Shown here: in pieces, positions 55,309 through 64,000 of the stretch
Position numbering within the stretch: the first letter of the stretch is position 1
Layout: each line of letters opens with the position of its first letter
From: an uncultured virus (IMG/VR IMGVR_UViG_3300025945_000001)
Lineage: Duplodnaviria > Heunggongvirae > Uroviricota > Caudoviricetes
Length of the DNA: 64,000 bases
Virus record (IMG/VR): IMGVR_UViG_3300025945_000001
Reading direction: 5' to 3' (one strand)
Translations under genes and position numbers: made by a program
The notes under the pieces: generated by a model
What the model saw: only the letters and a program-made list of their open reading frames with translations
The model's database searches: none
Told to the model about the DNA's origin: nothing

Positions 55309-56720
55309 GCGACGATCACATCCGCCGGCGTACCGATGTTCTGCATGAGGTCGAACCACGTGGCCTCGTTGTTGAGGACGTCCTGCCACGTCGCGTACGT
55401 GTTGATGACGCCCTGCCATGTGATCGTCGAGCCGCAGACGTCCGCGCCGGGTGCGGCCACCTCGCGCAACGGCAGGTTGAAGACGTGCCAGTCGTTGCCG
55501 CACGGTCGACCGAGCAGCGGACGCGTGTCGGTGATCCGGCGCACGACCGCGTGCATCGTTGGGATCGGACTGTTCCCCGGTGTGTGTAGGAAGATCGGCT
55601 CACCGAGCGCCATCGCGAAGTCGAAGTCGTCGTGCTCCTGCTTCGTTCGGGTAATGACGTCGATGCTGAACTCGCGAGACTGCCGAAGGTCGGTGACCGC
55701 GATCGGGAAGCTGCGGTTGATGATCTCGAAGATGCCGGTGCGGTCGTCGCGGGTGACGGGCGAGAAGTTCGCCACGCAGTAGAACGTCCGGTTCAGGAAG
55801 GGGCTGCCGATCGACTTGATCCAGACCGTGCCGATCGAGGGTGTGATCGTCGCGGTCTGAACGAGGTTCGGCACCAGCATCGTGATGATGCCACCTCGAC
55901 CGACGTCGGCGCTGCCGCCACCGACCGTGAACACGCCCGACGAGATGTCGTTCTTGCCGGTGTCCTGGTACCAGTCCCAGACGAGACCCTGGCCAATGCC
56001 ACCCTGCAGCGTCGTCGGCTCGCCGATCTCGGTGATCGTCTGACCGGTGATGGCGAGCGTGTTGACCGACGTCCAGTTGTTGCGCTTCCACCCGAGCAGC
56101 AGCACGAACGACCGTGGCTGCGTGACGGTGAGGTTCGGGTAGTTCACGTTCTGCTGGCTGAGGTTGAACGTCTGGCTCAGGTCGTTGACGCTGAACTGGA
56201 CGTTCTTGACCTTGGCCATCTGCGCTGACGTGGGACCCGCGGCACCACCGGTGAACGACACCGTAGGTGCGACCTCACCGGCGCCGACGCTGATCTTGCC
56301 GAAGAGGCGCACGTTTCCCATGTTGAGCAGCAGCGTGTAACCCGCGGGTGTGTTGGGGTTCCCTACCCCGCTGTTGTGGATCGCGGCGTACACCAGCAGG
56401 ATGTCACCGGCGACCTGACCCACGGGTAGTCCGGGTACGACGCTGGTGTTGTTGCCGTGCGCGGCCGCTCCGGCGACGACGCCCGTGACGTCGCTAGCCG
56501 ACGTGACGCGGTAGTAGTTGAGGATGTCGCTGGAGAACTCGTAGTCGTATCCAGTCGCGACGCCCGAGACGATCGGCGCGGCGAGGCCGCACCGCACGGT
56601 GGTCCAGGTGACGCCGTCGACCGAGTGCTCGATCAGCGCGGTGGTGGCACCCGCCGCGAACCCAGTCGCCGTGATCTTGACGCGCGAGAGATCCGTCTCG
56701 TAGCTGAGCGTCACGCTCAC
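55305..56720 (-). CDS. Minor tail (distal tail-like) protein with inserted beta-rich domain
   Basis: Immediately after the tape measure gene; DYE...Y.V, W.KS...P.LN, R..P.AVTD.R, TWQ.V...Y.TW. Confidence 0.75.
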   Translation of the reverse strand: MSVTLSYETDLSRVKITATGFAAGATTALIEHSVDGVTWTTVRCGLAAPIVSGVATGYDYEFSSDILNYYRVTSASDVTGVVAGAAAHGNNTSVVPGLPVGQVAGDILLVYAAIHNSGVGNPNTPAGYTLLLNMGNVRLFGKISVGAGEVAPTVSFTGGAAGPTSAQMAKVKNVQFSVNDLSQTFNLSQQNVNYPNLTVTQPRSFVLLLGWKRNNWTSVNTLAITGQTITEIGEPTTLQGGIGQGLVWDWYQDTGKNDISSGVFTVGGGSADVGRGGIITMLVPNLVQTATITPSIGTVWIKSIGSPFLNRTFYCVANFSPVTRDDRTGIFEIINRSFPIAVTDLRQSREFSIDVITRTKQEHDDFDFAMALGEPIFLHTPGNSPIPTMHAVVRRITDTRPLLGRPCGNDWHVFNLPLREVAAPGADVCGSTITWQGVINTYATWQDVLNNEATWFDLMQNIGTPADVIVA

Positions 56721-59305
56721 AGTGTACCTCCCACTCCCGCGCGCAGGCCCCGCAGCAGGTCGCGATCACGCTCGTCGACGACCTCCACAGCGATGGTGCG
56801 CAGCTCGCGACCGTCGAGCAGTACCTGGACGTTGATCGGACCCGTCGTCGCCGACACCTGAGGCGCGAACGACGGCAGCGGAGGACGCGCTCCCCCAGCC
56901 GTCGAGGGTAGTCGCACCGCCGAGTCGAAGCCCAGTGAGGTGGTGTCGATCATCCGTCCCACGGCGGTGCGAATGTCGGACGTGCCGGTGGTGATACCCT
57001 GGGCGAAGCCCTCGGCCAGTGCCTTGCCTCGGAAGGGGGACCAGCCCTTGCCGCTGAACGGTCCGATCTCGGCAGGCGAGCGCGGCATCGGCGCCGCGGC
57101 CGCGCGCATGAGCTCCTGCGCGGCCTGCCGAACCTTGGCGATCTTCCCGATGATGCCGGCCGCGAAGTCGTCGCCGAGCGAGGCGCCGGCCGCGAATATA
57201 CCGCTACGGTTGTCGAGCGTGCTGCGGATGCCGGACATCGTGCCGAACGCCGCGTCCTTGGCGGTGACGACCGAGCGGCCGAACCCACCGGTGAAGCTGA
57301 CGCCGAGCGCCGAGCCGATGCTGCTCAGCGGCTCGATCTGCCCCGTCATGATGCGCTTCAGTTCGGCGAGGTGCACCTCGGCCGTGACGTTGCCCTGCGC
57401 GAACTGCGCCTCGAACTCACCCCAGAAGCCGGTCACCGCGTCGCCGGCCGGCCGCAGCACCGACCCGGGGAGTCGGTCGACGAGGCTACCCTGCGCGCTC
57501 TCGACGAACGACGTGACGGCCGCAGCGCTCTTGGAGGTGGCCTCCTCCACGGTCGCGCGGAAGAACCCCAGTGGGTTCGCGGCGGCCATGAGCGCGTTGC
57601 TGAAGATCGTGCTCTTGTCGGCGGCCGCCTCGGTGCGCACCGAGAACGCACCCATCGGCTCGATCGACTGCGACAGGCCTCGGGTTAGCACCATCAGCGA
57701 CAGCGCCATCGCGCCGATCAGCGGCGCGAGCACCTTGAGGATCGGTTCGAGCGACTCGAACACCGGTATGACCGCCCGGACCAGCGAGATCAGGAACGGT
57801 AGGATCGCGATGACGAGCTTGATGAGGGGCGGCAGCAGCGGGATGATCGCGACCAGCACCTCGCCGAACGCGTTGGCCAACGACACGATGCCGTCGACGA
57901 TCGCCGGATCGCTGAGAATCTTCGTCAGCGTGTCCGAGATTAGGATGATGACGCGTTCGAGCACCGGTGCGATGCGCTCGAGAACCTTGCCGAGCGTGGC
58001 ACCGATCGCGCCGGCGAGTCGACCGATCGACGGCAGCGCCGGGGCGATGCCCTCGAGGAACTTACCCACGCCAGTCGCGAAAGCCTCGATGCCCGGTCGC
58101 GCGGCCTCGAACGCGTCGCCGATCGCGTTGATGAAGACGACCAGCGAGGGACCCAAGATCGTCGCGATCCGCGTGACGATGGGGAAGAACTGGTTGTTGA
58201 AGAACGTGAACAGCGCGCCCAGCACCGGCAGCAGCGCGTCGACCCCGGCCTTGGCGTTGGCGAAAAACCGCCGCAGCGCACCTTGACCTTCCAGTGAGTT
58301 GGCGAACTCGCTGAACTTGGCCGCGATGCGGCTAATGATGTCAATGATGCCGAACCCCGCGTCGTGCGCGGCGCGCAGGACTCCGGCGAAGCCCGAGACT
58401 AGGTTGGCCACCGCGCCGACGAGCTGCTCGAGCGCGGCGAGACCCCGACCGATGAACCGATCGAGCGCGCCGGTCTCCTTCGCCTTGGCGATGAACGCGG
58501 CGAAGCCCTCGGTCGCCACCGTGATCTGCGCGGCGATGCCCGGCAGGAAGTTCGAGCCCACCACCGTGACGTCGCGGAGGATCTGCGCGAACGACGTGGT
58601 GGCCGGCACCAGCGTGTGAAACGACCGCTTGACGTTGTCGAGCGTGTCGTCGAGGTTCGCGATCGTCTCGGCACTTGTGGCGAACTTGCCGAGCGCGCGA
58701 GCCGCGACGTTGAACTGACCGGCGATGGCGGTGAGCGAGTTCTTCACCGTCGGCAGGAGCTTGGTGCCGAGGTCGCGGAACGTCGTCTGGAGATCCTTGA
58801 ACAGCGCGTCCTGAACGGCGTTCTTGAACGCCTTGAGCTGCGGCGCGAACTCCTTGAGCACGCCGAGCGCCTTCTGGGCGTTCGGCGACAGCTCCTTCAA
58901 CTTCTCGTTGAACTTGTCCATGTCGCCCTTGAGGAAGGCCTTCATGACGTCATCGACGCCGAAGAGACCAACCTTCAGGGCTAGGAAACCGGCGCCGGCG
59001 GCGGCGCCCAGGGCAGGTAAGACAGCCGCCGCCCCCGCGAGTTGCGTGGCCGCGGCGGCCGTCGACAGCAGACCCGCCGCGATCGACTGGGCACCCAGCG
59101 AGACGAAGCCAATGGTCGCGGCGCGCAGCGCGAGGTTTAACTTCGAGACCTCGACGAACGCCTTGCGGATGCTACCGACGCTGACGCCGACCGAGATCTT
59201 CTTGAAGCCTCGGGTAACCTGACGTAGGTCACGCGTCAGTTGACGCCCGAACCGCGTTACGTCGGGCGCCACCTCGATGATCGCGCGACCAATGACGTCG
59301 GCCAC
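56717..59305 (-). CDS. Tape measure protein
   Basis: 862 aa, Ala/Leu-rich helical; IGRA.IEV.PD N-terminus; P.SPA..GP.SG.G motif; follows the tail chaperones. Confidence 0.92.
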   Translation of the reverse strand: MADVIGRAIIEVAPDVTRFGRQLTRDLRQVTRGFKKISVGVSVGSIRKAFVEVSKLNLALRAATIGFVSLGAQSIAAGLLSTAAAATQLAGAAAVLPALGAAAGAGFLALKVGLFGVDDVMKAFLKGDMDKFNEKLKELSPNAQKALGVLKEFAPQLKAFKNAVQDALFKDLQTTFRDLGTKLLPTVKNSLTAIAGQFNVAARALGKFATSAETIANLDDTLDNVKRSFHTLVPATTSFAQILRDVTVVGSNFLPGIAAQITVATEGFAAFIAKAKETGALDRFIGRGLAALEQLVGAVANLVSGFAGVLRAAHDAGFGIIDIISRIAAKFSEFANSLEGQGALRRFFANAKAGVDALLPVLGALFTFFNNQFFPIVTRIATILGPSLVVFINAIGDAFEAARPGIEAFATGVGKFLEGIAPALPSIGRLAGAIGATLGKVLERIAPVLERVIILISDTLTKILSDPAIVDGIVSLANAFGEVLVAIIPLLPPLIKLVIAILPFLISLVRAVIPVFESLEPILKVLAPLIGAMALSLMVLTRGLSQSIEPMGAFSVRTEAAADKSTIFSNALMAAANPLGFFRATVEEATSKSAAAVTSFVESAQGSLVDRLPGSVLRPAGDAVTGFWGEFEAQFAQGNVTAEVHLAELKRIMTGQIEPLSSIGSALGVSFTGGFGRSVVTAKDAAFGTMSGIRSTLDNRSGIFAAGASLGDDFAAGIIGKIAKVRQAAQELMRAAAAPMPRSPAEIGPFSGKGWSPFRGKALAEGFAQGITTGTSDIRTAVGRMIDTTSLGFDSAVRLPSTAGGARPPLPSFAPQVSATTGPINVQVLLDGRELRTIAVEVVDERDRDLLRGLRAGVGGTL

Positions 59306-59655
59306 CTACGTGAGCACCCCCATCGACCGTAGGAACGTCTGCGACGCTTCCTCGTCACCCTCCCACCACACGGGAGCGCGCGGCTCCTCGCGCCGACGAC
59401 GCGACGCGCGCGCCGTACCCGGCACCGGCCACGTCGTGACGGCGAGCGCGCGATCGAGCTCCTGGCGGTACCTCGCCGGGTTCTCGTGATCGTACGGCAG
59501 CCGATCAATGATCATTCGGTACACCACGTTCAGGAAGCGGTCGTAGGTCAGCGTCCTTACGTCGACGCCGTTACGGAGACACTCTCCGTCGAGCTCGTGC
59601 CAGTTTCCCGGACGTCGGACCCAGTCGAGAAGTCCGAGTCCGGCTCCGTAGGGCG
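59306..59655 (-). CDS. Tail assembly chaperone, frameshift extension (G-T-like)
   Basis: The -1 frame is open across CGC-CCT-ACG and reads PYGAGLGLLDWVRRPGNWHELDGECLRNGVDVRTLTYDRFLNVVY...PVWW.GDEEASQ. Confidence 0.75.
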
Positions 59656-59982
59656 GAGCCCGTACAGCTCCATCAGGTACGTGAGAATCTTCATGAACCG
59701 ATCGGGCCCGATCGGGTTCGTGGTGTCGCTGAGGCGTGCCACCAGTCGCTCGGCCGACTCCGGCAGCAGGACCAGGTGAAACAACTTCTTGATGACGTCG
59801 AGGCGCGCCTGCGCGCTGGCGTGCTCGTCGCCGAGCAGCTCGGCCTCGTCGGCGAACAGCAGCGCCTGCTCGGTGGCGAGCTCGGACACGGCCTCGAACA
59901 CGTCGGCGTCCACGCGGAAGCGTAGGTTGCGCGGCGGTAGTGAGAAGTCCATCATATCGTCGGTCGCGTTCACGCTAGTCAC
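59557..59982 (-). CDS. Tail assembly chaperone
   Basis: GAGGAG RBS with GTG start; F.VD.DVF.A...L.E.YG.RPT..SD motif; upstream of the tape measure gene. Confidence 0.8.
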   Translation of the reverse strand: MTSVNATDDMMDFSLPPRNLRFRVDADVFEAVSELATEQALLFADEAELLGDEHASAQARLDVIKKLFHLVLLPESAERLVARLSDTTNPIGPDRFMKILTYLMELYGLRPTEPDSDFSTGSDVRETGTSSTESVSVTAST

Positions 59983-60058
59983 GATCTCTCCTCGTCTCAC
60001 ACGTTGATCCACTCGCGACAGCCTAGTAGGTGCGGGGGCCACCCGAACACTAGTGTCC

Positions 60059-60466
60059 CTAGACCGCTGAGAACACGGCGCGCTCGAGGAACTTGGTCGC
60101 CGGCGTACCCCGGACCGACTGCGCAAACACCGTGTTACCGCTGCTGCCGGTGAAGACCATGACGTGCCCACGCCGCGCGTCGATCGGACTGTGACGCGGA
60201 CCGTAGACGCCGGTACCGTCGTGCTGGTAGCGCGCGTACGACAGCCCCGTGCCCACCTCGACGACGATGCCGAGGGGTCGAATCTTCATCTTAACCTCAA
60301 TCGACGCGGCGAGACGACCGGTGCGCTTCGGCGCTAGGCGTCGCGCGGTGCCCTGCACGCGTCGACCACGCTTCATCGCGTCGCGGCCCACGGCGCCGAA
60401 CGGACTGCGCAGTAGGCGCGTCAACGCTACGTGATCAATGACGATGTGAACGCCACCCGCCGCCAC
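60059..60466 (-). CDS. HK97 gp10-like neck/tail completion protein
   Basis: ARRLAP.RTGRL.ASI...VGT...YA.Y.H.GTG..GP...V.GT....FL.RA. Confidence 0.8.
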   Translation of the reverse strand: MAAGGVHIVIDHVALTRLLRSPFGAVGRDAMKRGRRVQGTARRLAPKRTGRLAASIEVKMKIRPLGIVVEVGTGLSYARYQHDGTGVYGPRHSPIDARRGHVMVFTGSSGNTVFAQSVRGTPATKFLERAVFSAV

Positions 60467-60470
60467 GTCG

Positions 60471-60995
60471 TCACCTCATTACTCCGACGAAGACGTTTAA
60501 CTCGGTGCCCACGCAGTCGCCCTCCGGACCTCGCGTGACCTGCTCGCCGATCACGTAGTCGATGATCTCGTCGGCGTCGGTCATACCACACAGGATCGAC
60601 ACGACCGTCGTTAGCGTCACGTAGGCGTCCTCCAGTAGGATCCGCGCGGCGGTGCCCAACGCTAGGCACGTCGGCGGCGAGCCGTCGTCGTGCGACGTGG
60701 GCGCGCAGCGAATCACCTGGACGAGCAGCTCGGCGACGAGCCACGGTAGGTCGCAAGGTGACGAGCGAATCAAGCCCACGCCCAGCGACGTCTCGGGAAA
60801 GTTGTCGGAGAGGAAGAACCGACGAGCCGTCACCGCGAGCAGGCCGCAGTTGCACTCGTCCCACGCGATGTCACCCGGCACCACGCAGGCGCGGTCGACC
60901 GGCCCACCCTCGGTGGTCGCCAGCTCGGCGTTGACGCCGGTGACGAGGATCGACGCGACGTCCCAGATCGCGTGCCGGCCTTGGAGTTGCGTCAC
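60471..60995 (-). CDS. Putative tail terminator/neck protein
   Basis: VVPG..AWD.C.CG.L...V.RCAP...GP.G.C.G motif; structural-operon position. Confidence 0.65.
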   Translation of the reverse strand: MTQLQGRHAIWDVASILVTGVNAELATTEGGPVDRACVVPGDIAWDECNCGLLAVTARRFFLSDNFPETSLGVGLIRSSPCDLPWLVAELLVQVIRCAPTSHDDGSPPTCLALGTAARILLEDAYVTLTTVVSILCGMTDADEIIDYVIGEQVTRGPEGDCVGTELNVFVGVMR

Positions 60996-61801
60996 GTGTT
61001 GGTCCTCCGAGCCTGCGGACCGTCGACCCGGTAGGTACGGCTCCGCCGCTGAAGGCGGCCGGGGTTCCAAGTTTGAATGAACGTGTCCACGAGGTAGAAA
61101 CCCGTGAGTCGCGCCGTGAACAGTTCAATGATGCTCGGAAACTGGATCGTGACGCCCTGACGAATGAGCTGCGTCACGTTGCGAGGTAGTCGGCAGTCGC
61201 CGCCACCGACCGCGTTGATGAACTGACACGCCAGCTCGCCGACGGCCCAGGCCCCGGACTCGGGCACGCTCTGACCGAACTCGGCGGTTACCGACCAGGT
61301 GCCGACCTGGGTGTCGTCCCTCGTGAGGTCGTTGCAGAACGGCCACTGACCACCGTCGGTGCGCACGAGGAACCGGTTCTCGTCGACGCGGTACGCGCCC
61401 GTCGCGAGCGGCGTGCCGTCGATCTTAACCTGAATGATCCGGTGAACCGGCGCCGGCAGCTCAGCCTCGGACAGCGCGGTGCACGAGCAGGTGTCGCCGC
61501 ACCCACCACCACACGTGAGGTTGAACCAGTTGCCGCCGATCAGCGCCGGCTGAGGCCACGTCGCACCCGGCAGCCACTCGCTCCACCCACCGAGCCAGAG
61601 GCCGTCGAGACAGTCGCGCTTGCAGGGTCGCAGCGTAACGGTGCACAGCCCGAACTGGCGACCGGACAGTGCCCAGATAACCTCGGTGGCGAACTGCACG
61701 GCCTGCGCGGTGACCACCGGCGACGTCGTCGTGACGTCGCAGAGCCACCGCACGGGCCACGGGCCGCACGGGCCGAACTCGGTCGTCAGCGGCGCCGTCA
61801 C
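60992..61801 (-). CDS. Head-to-tail adaptor
   Basis: C.PWPV, WALSGRQFG.C..T.RPC, W.N..CG, L.R.DG..WP.C.D, A...LACE/Q, CRLP..V....RQGV. Confidence 0.8.
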   Translation of the reverse strand: MTAPLTTEFGPCGPWPVRWLCDVTTTSPVVTAQAVQFATEVIWALSGRQFGLCTVTLRPCKRDCLDGLWLGGWSEWLPGATWPQPALIGGNWFNLTCGGGCGDTCSCTALSEAELPAPVHRIIQVKIDGTPLATGAYRVDENRFLVRTDGGQWPFCNDLTRDDTQVGTWSVTAEFGQSVPESGAWAVGELACQFINAVGGGDCRLPRNVTQLIRQGVTIQFPSIIELFTARLTGFYLVDTFIQTWNPGRLQRRSRTYRVDGPQARRTNT

Positions 61802-61813
61802 AGGCTCAGCCTA

Positions 61814-62494
61814 CTAGGTCAGGAGGGACGGACCACAGGCCTCGACGGGAAGCGGCGTGGTGGTGATGTTCCACAGCCAGTGGTCCGTCGAGACGACGTT
61901 GCCCAGCGTACCGGTCGGTAGCCAGGACACACCACTGCCGGGACCGTTGCCCCACAGTGTCGAAGCCGCGGCCGTCTCGCCGACGAACTGAAGCGTGGAA
62001 CGCCCGTTCTCAATGGTGTACGAGCCGACCTGCACGTTGCCCACGTTGGGCCACGCGTTGTAGATGTACCGCTGCTGGCCGGTCGGGTCGCAGGCACCCG
62101 ACCCCGCGACGCGCTGCCAGACCTCCATCGAGAACCGGTTCGACGGCGTGCCCTCGCCCAGCGCGAAGCCGGTACCGGTGGTCGCCGGACTGGTCGTGTC
62201 GAGTAGTCGCGCGCTCAGCGCGTAGGCCGCCGCGACCGGGTCGACCTCGCAGAAGTCCACGGTCAGGTTGAACCGCTTGAGCGTGGAGCTGTCCTTCTGG
62301 TTGACGCACGCCTGACCGTCGGCGTTACGCTCGAAGAACTCCTCGCCGTCCTCGTACTGCGGGTCCATGACGACCTGGACGAACCCCTTGGTGACGACGA
62401 CCAGCGAGGTCGCGCCGGTCACGGGAACGCCGCAAGCGTCGATCTTGACGAGGCGCAGGTGAGTTCCCTTGATGGGAGCCGCGCAGATCGCCAT
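61814..62494 (-). CDS. Major tail (tube) protein
   Basis: GGAGG RBS; G...R..K.D.CG.P...V.KGF..V......GEE....NA.G..C...FC.VDP...F.MEVW. Confidence 0.8.
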   Translation of the reverse strand: MAICAAPIKGTHLRLVKIDACGVPVTGATSLVVVTKGFVQVVMDPQYEDGEEFFERNADGQACVNQKDSSTLKRFNLTVDFCEVDPVAAAYALSARLLDTTSPATTGTGFALGEGTPSNRFSMEVWQRVAGSGACDPTGQQRYIYNAWPNVGNVQVGSYTIENGRSTLQFVGETAAASTLWGNGPGSGVSWLPTGTLGNVVSTDHWLWNITTTPLPVEACGPSLLT

Positions 62495-62506
62495 TCTAAC
62501 TCCCTC

Positions 62507-63430
62507 CTAGGAAACCGGTACGCCGAGATCAACGAGGATGGCGACGTGGCAGCAGTCCCAGCCTAGGACGTACGTGCGCTCCGCGATCATCGCTAGCGTG
62601 TTGTTCGTGCGGTTCAGCGAGTCGCGTGCGCCGGTGAAGCGAACTGGACCCCGGTAGCCGAAGACGGCACCGGTCGCGTAGATCCACGACTGCTCGGCTC
62701 CCGCCGCGGCGCCGGTCGGCGACGTACCGGGGTAGCCGGCGCCGACCGAGATGAGGTTGCCTCGCGCGGTGCGAAGCTGCCGACCGAGCTGACCGTTGAC
62801 GCCGTCGCGACCCGGGTCGCGGCGGATCAGTCCCCACGCGTCGAACGTGGCAAGCGCCTTGACCGGGATGTGAATGACGCCGACGCCGTTGTAGCAGCTC
62901 GCCAGCGCGGACTCCAACAGACCCAAGCCCATGGCAACGTCGAACGAGCCGGTCACCACGATGCTGGCCGGCTGCTGAAGCGTGATACCCTGACTGTCCA
63001 GGACCGTGCTGGTGGAGGCCAGGTGCGGGAACGCGAGCACCTTGCCGTCCACCAGGCCGGTCCAGAAGGCGCGCTCGACCTGGTAGGACTCGCTCTGCGC
63101 GAGCGCGTCGGCGGCGACCTGCTGGGCGTCGCCGTTACCGACCGGGGCGCAGTCGAACTCGGTGTACGCCGTGAACGGCGTCGCGCCTCGGTTAATGTGA
63201 TCGACGTTGTCGCTCTTGACGGTCGGCTCGGGAACCTCGCCGACGCCGGTCACGGCGATGCACTCGTCGTACGTGGTCGAGCCCATGCCCGTCTCGAGGC
63301 ATCGGCTCGCCCACGTCACGCCGTTCTGCCAGTGCACGCTCGGCACGTCGGGAAACTTCGCGACGCTCAGCAGACCAAACGGCGACTGGGTAAACGGTGG
63401 TGCGTCCACCGGAAGACGAGGACCAGCCAC
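62507..63430 (-). CDS. Capsid-associated structural protein (minor capsid/decoration)
   Basis: Directly after the major capsid gene; P.GL.SV...W..GV, PF..Y, E...VE..FW, LE..L...Y...GVIH, GAGY, N....AER.Y...DC. Confidence 0.7.
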   Translation of the reverse strand: MAGPRLPVDAPPFTQSPFGLLSVAKFPDVPSVHWQNGVTWASRCLETGMGSTTYDECIAVTGVGEVPEPTVKSDNVDHINRGATPFTAYTEFDCAPVGNGDAQQVAADALAQSESYQVERAFWTGLVDGKVLAFPHLASTSTVLDSQGITLQQPASIVVTGSFDVAMGLGLLESALASCYNGVGVIHIPVKALATFDAWGLIRRDPGRDGVNGQLGRQLRTARGNLISVGAGYPGTSPTGAAAGAEQSWIYATGAVFGYRGPVRFTGARDSLNRTNNTLAMIAERTYVLGWDCCHVAILVDLGVPVS

Positions 63431-63473
63431 CGTCTACCCTCCTACGTCGTCGTGGTTCCTCATGAGGTCAAGC

Positions 63474-64000
63474 TTACAGCGCCGCGGCGTTGATGTTCGC
63501 GATGCCGGTGCGGCCGGTCACGTTGAACGCGATGGTGTACTGCCGAGACTCGTGACCAACGCGCGCGATCAGGTTGCACTCCTCGGACCAGGCGGCCGTG
63601 TGGTCGTTGGTCGCGTTGAGCACGCTGTCGCGGACGACGCCCAGGTCGAGCGACAGGCCGTTACCCTTGATGAACGTGCCCGCGGCGTAGACCATCACGG
63701 TCACGGCCGTCGGCCAGGCGGTCATCGGGGTGGCGTTGCCGAACTGACCGGTGCCGCGAACCTGCCAGTCGTTGACCCACTGAACGCGGACGTTCAGGTT
63801 CGTGAACCAGGCCACGATCTGGGAGTCCGGCACCTGGTCCGGGTCGATGCCGGTCCGGTGCGCTAGGTCGGCGCGAATGACGGCCTTCAGCCAGTACGGC
63901 GCGATCACCTCGAGGATGTCGTCGTCGCACATGCCGTAGCGCGCCCGGTAGTCGGTCACGGCCAGCGAGATGCCGCCGTAGACCTGCTGGAACACGGCGG
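63474..64000 (-). CDS. Major capsid protein, C-terminal part (truncated at window edge)
   Basis: YR..Y.M....LEV..P.W....IRADL..R.G, VQWV.DWQ, WP.......Y.AGT......L.LGVVRDS.LN.TND.T.AW.EE. Confidence 0.85.
   Translation of the reverse strand, partial: AVFQQVYGGISLAVTDYRARYGMCDDDILEVIAPYWLKAVIRADLAHRTGIDPDQVPDSQIVAWFTNLNVRVQWVNDWQVRGTGQFGNATPMTAWPTAVTVMVYAAGTFIKGNGLSLDLGVVRDSVLNATNDHTAAWSEECNLIARVGHESRQYTIAFNVTGRTGIANINAAAL

Noticed and set aside
1..64000. Integrated prophage with tRNA-derived att sites
   Set aside because: No integrase, repressor cassette or host genes are present. The split tRNA halves are in permuted order with mutually complementary stems, unlike att duplications.

Overview
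The whole 64-kb window reads as part of a high-GC tailed (siphovirus-like) phage of an actinomycete host. WhiB and orphan DUF397 genes point to filamentous Actinomycetota. No host housekeeping genes, integrase or att site are visible. Layout: (1) a minus-strand primase-polymerase running off the left edge. (2) About 12 kb of small plus-strand accessory ORFs, including an Acb2/Tad1-like protein, two DUF397 genes and an SPFH-like lipoprotein. (3) An RNA-rich island at about 10.9-16.6 kb: a tRNA-like element with an elongated anticodon arm, five tandem Y-RNA-like units in front of a Ro60/TROVE gene, and a conserved hypothetical gene followed by two circularly permuted tRNA-like RNAs whose acceptor 'loops' carry cargo. 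One cargo is a complete tRNA-fMet. (4) A replication and DNA-modification operon: kinase-UDG fusion, dCMP-type thymidylate-synthase homologue, dCMP deaminase, HNH, PolA, RuvC-like, SNF2, Cas4-like, AAA, SSB, GT-B, RGP/STELLO-like mutase, GDP-mannose-3,5-epimerase-like, MazG-like and a divergent C5 MTase. (5) More accessory genes behind repeated sigma70-type promoters. (6) A second glycan cluster (3 GT2, SDR dehydratase, methyltransferase, UDP-glucose dehydrogenase, GT-B). (7) The minus-strand lysis/tail/head operon, running off the right edge in the major capsid gene. The most unusual signals are the cargo-carrying permuted tRNA/Y-RNA island and an apparent cytosine-glycosylation pathway that may use a furanose sugar. 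All family calls come from motif recognition by eye; no searches were run.
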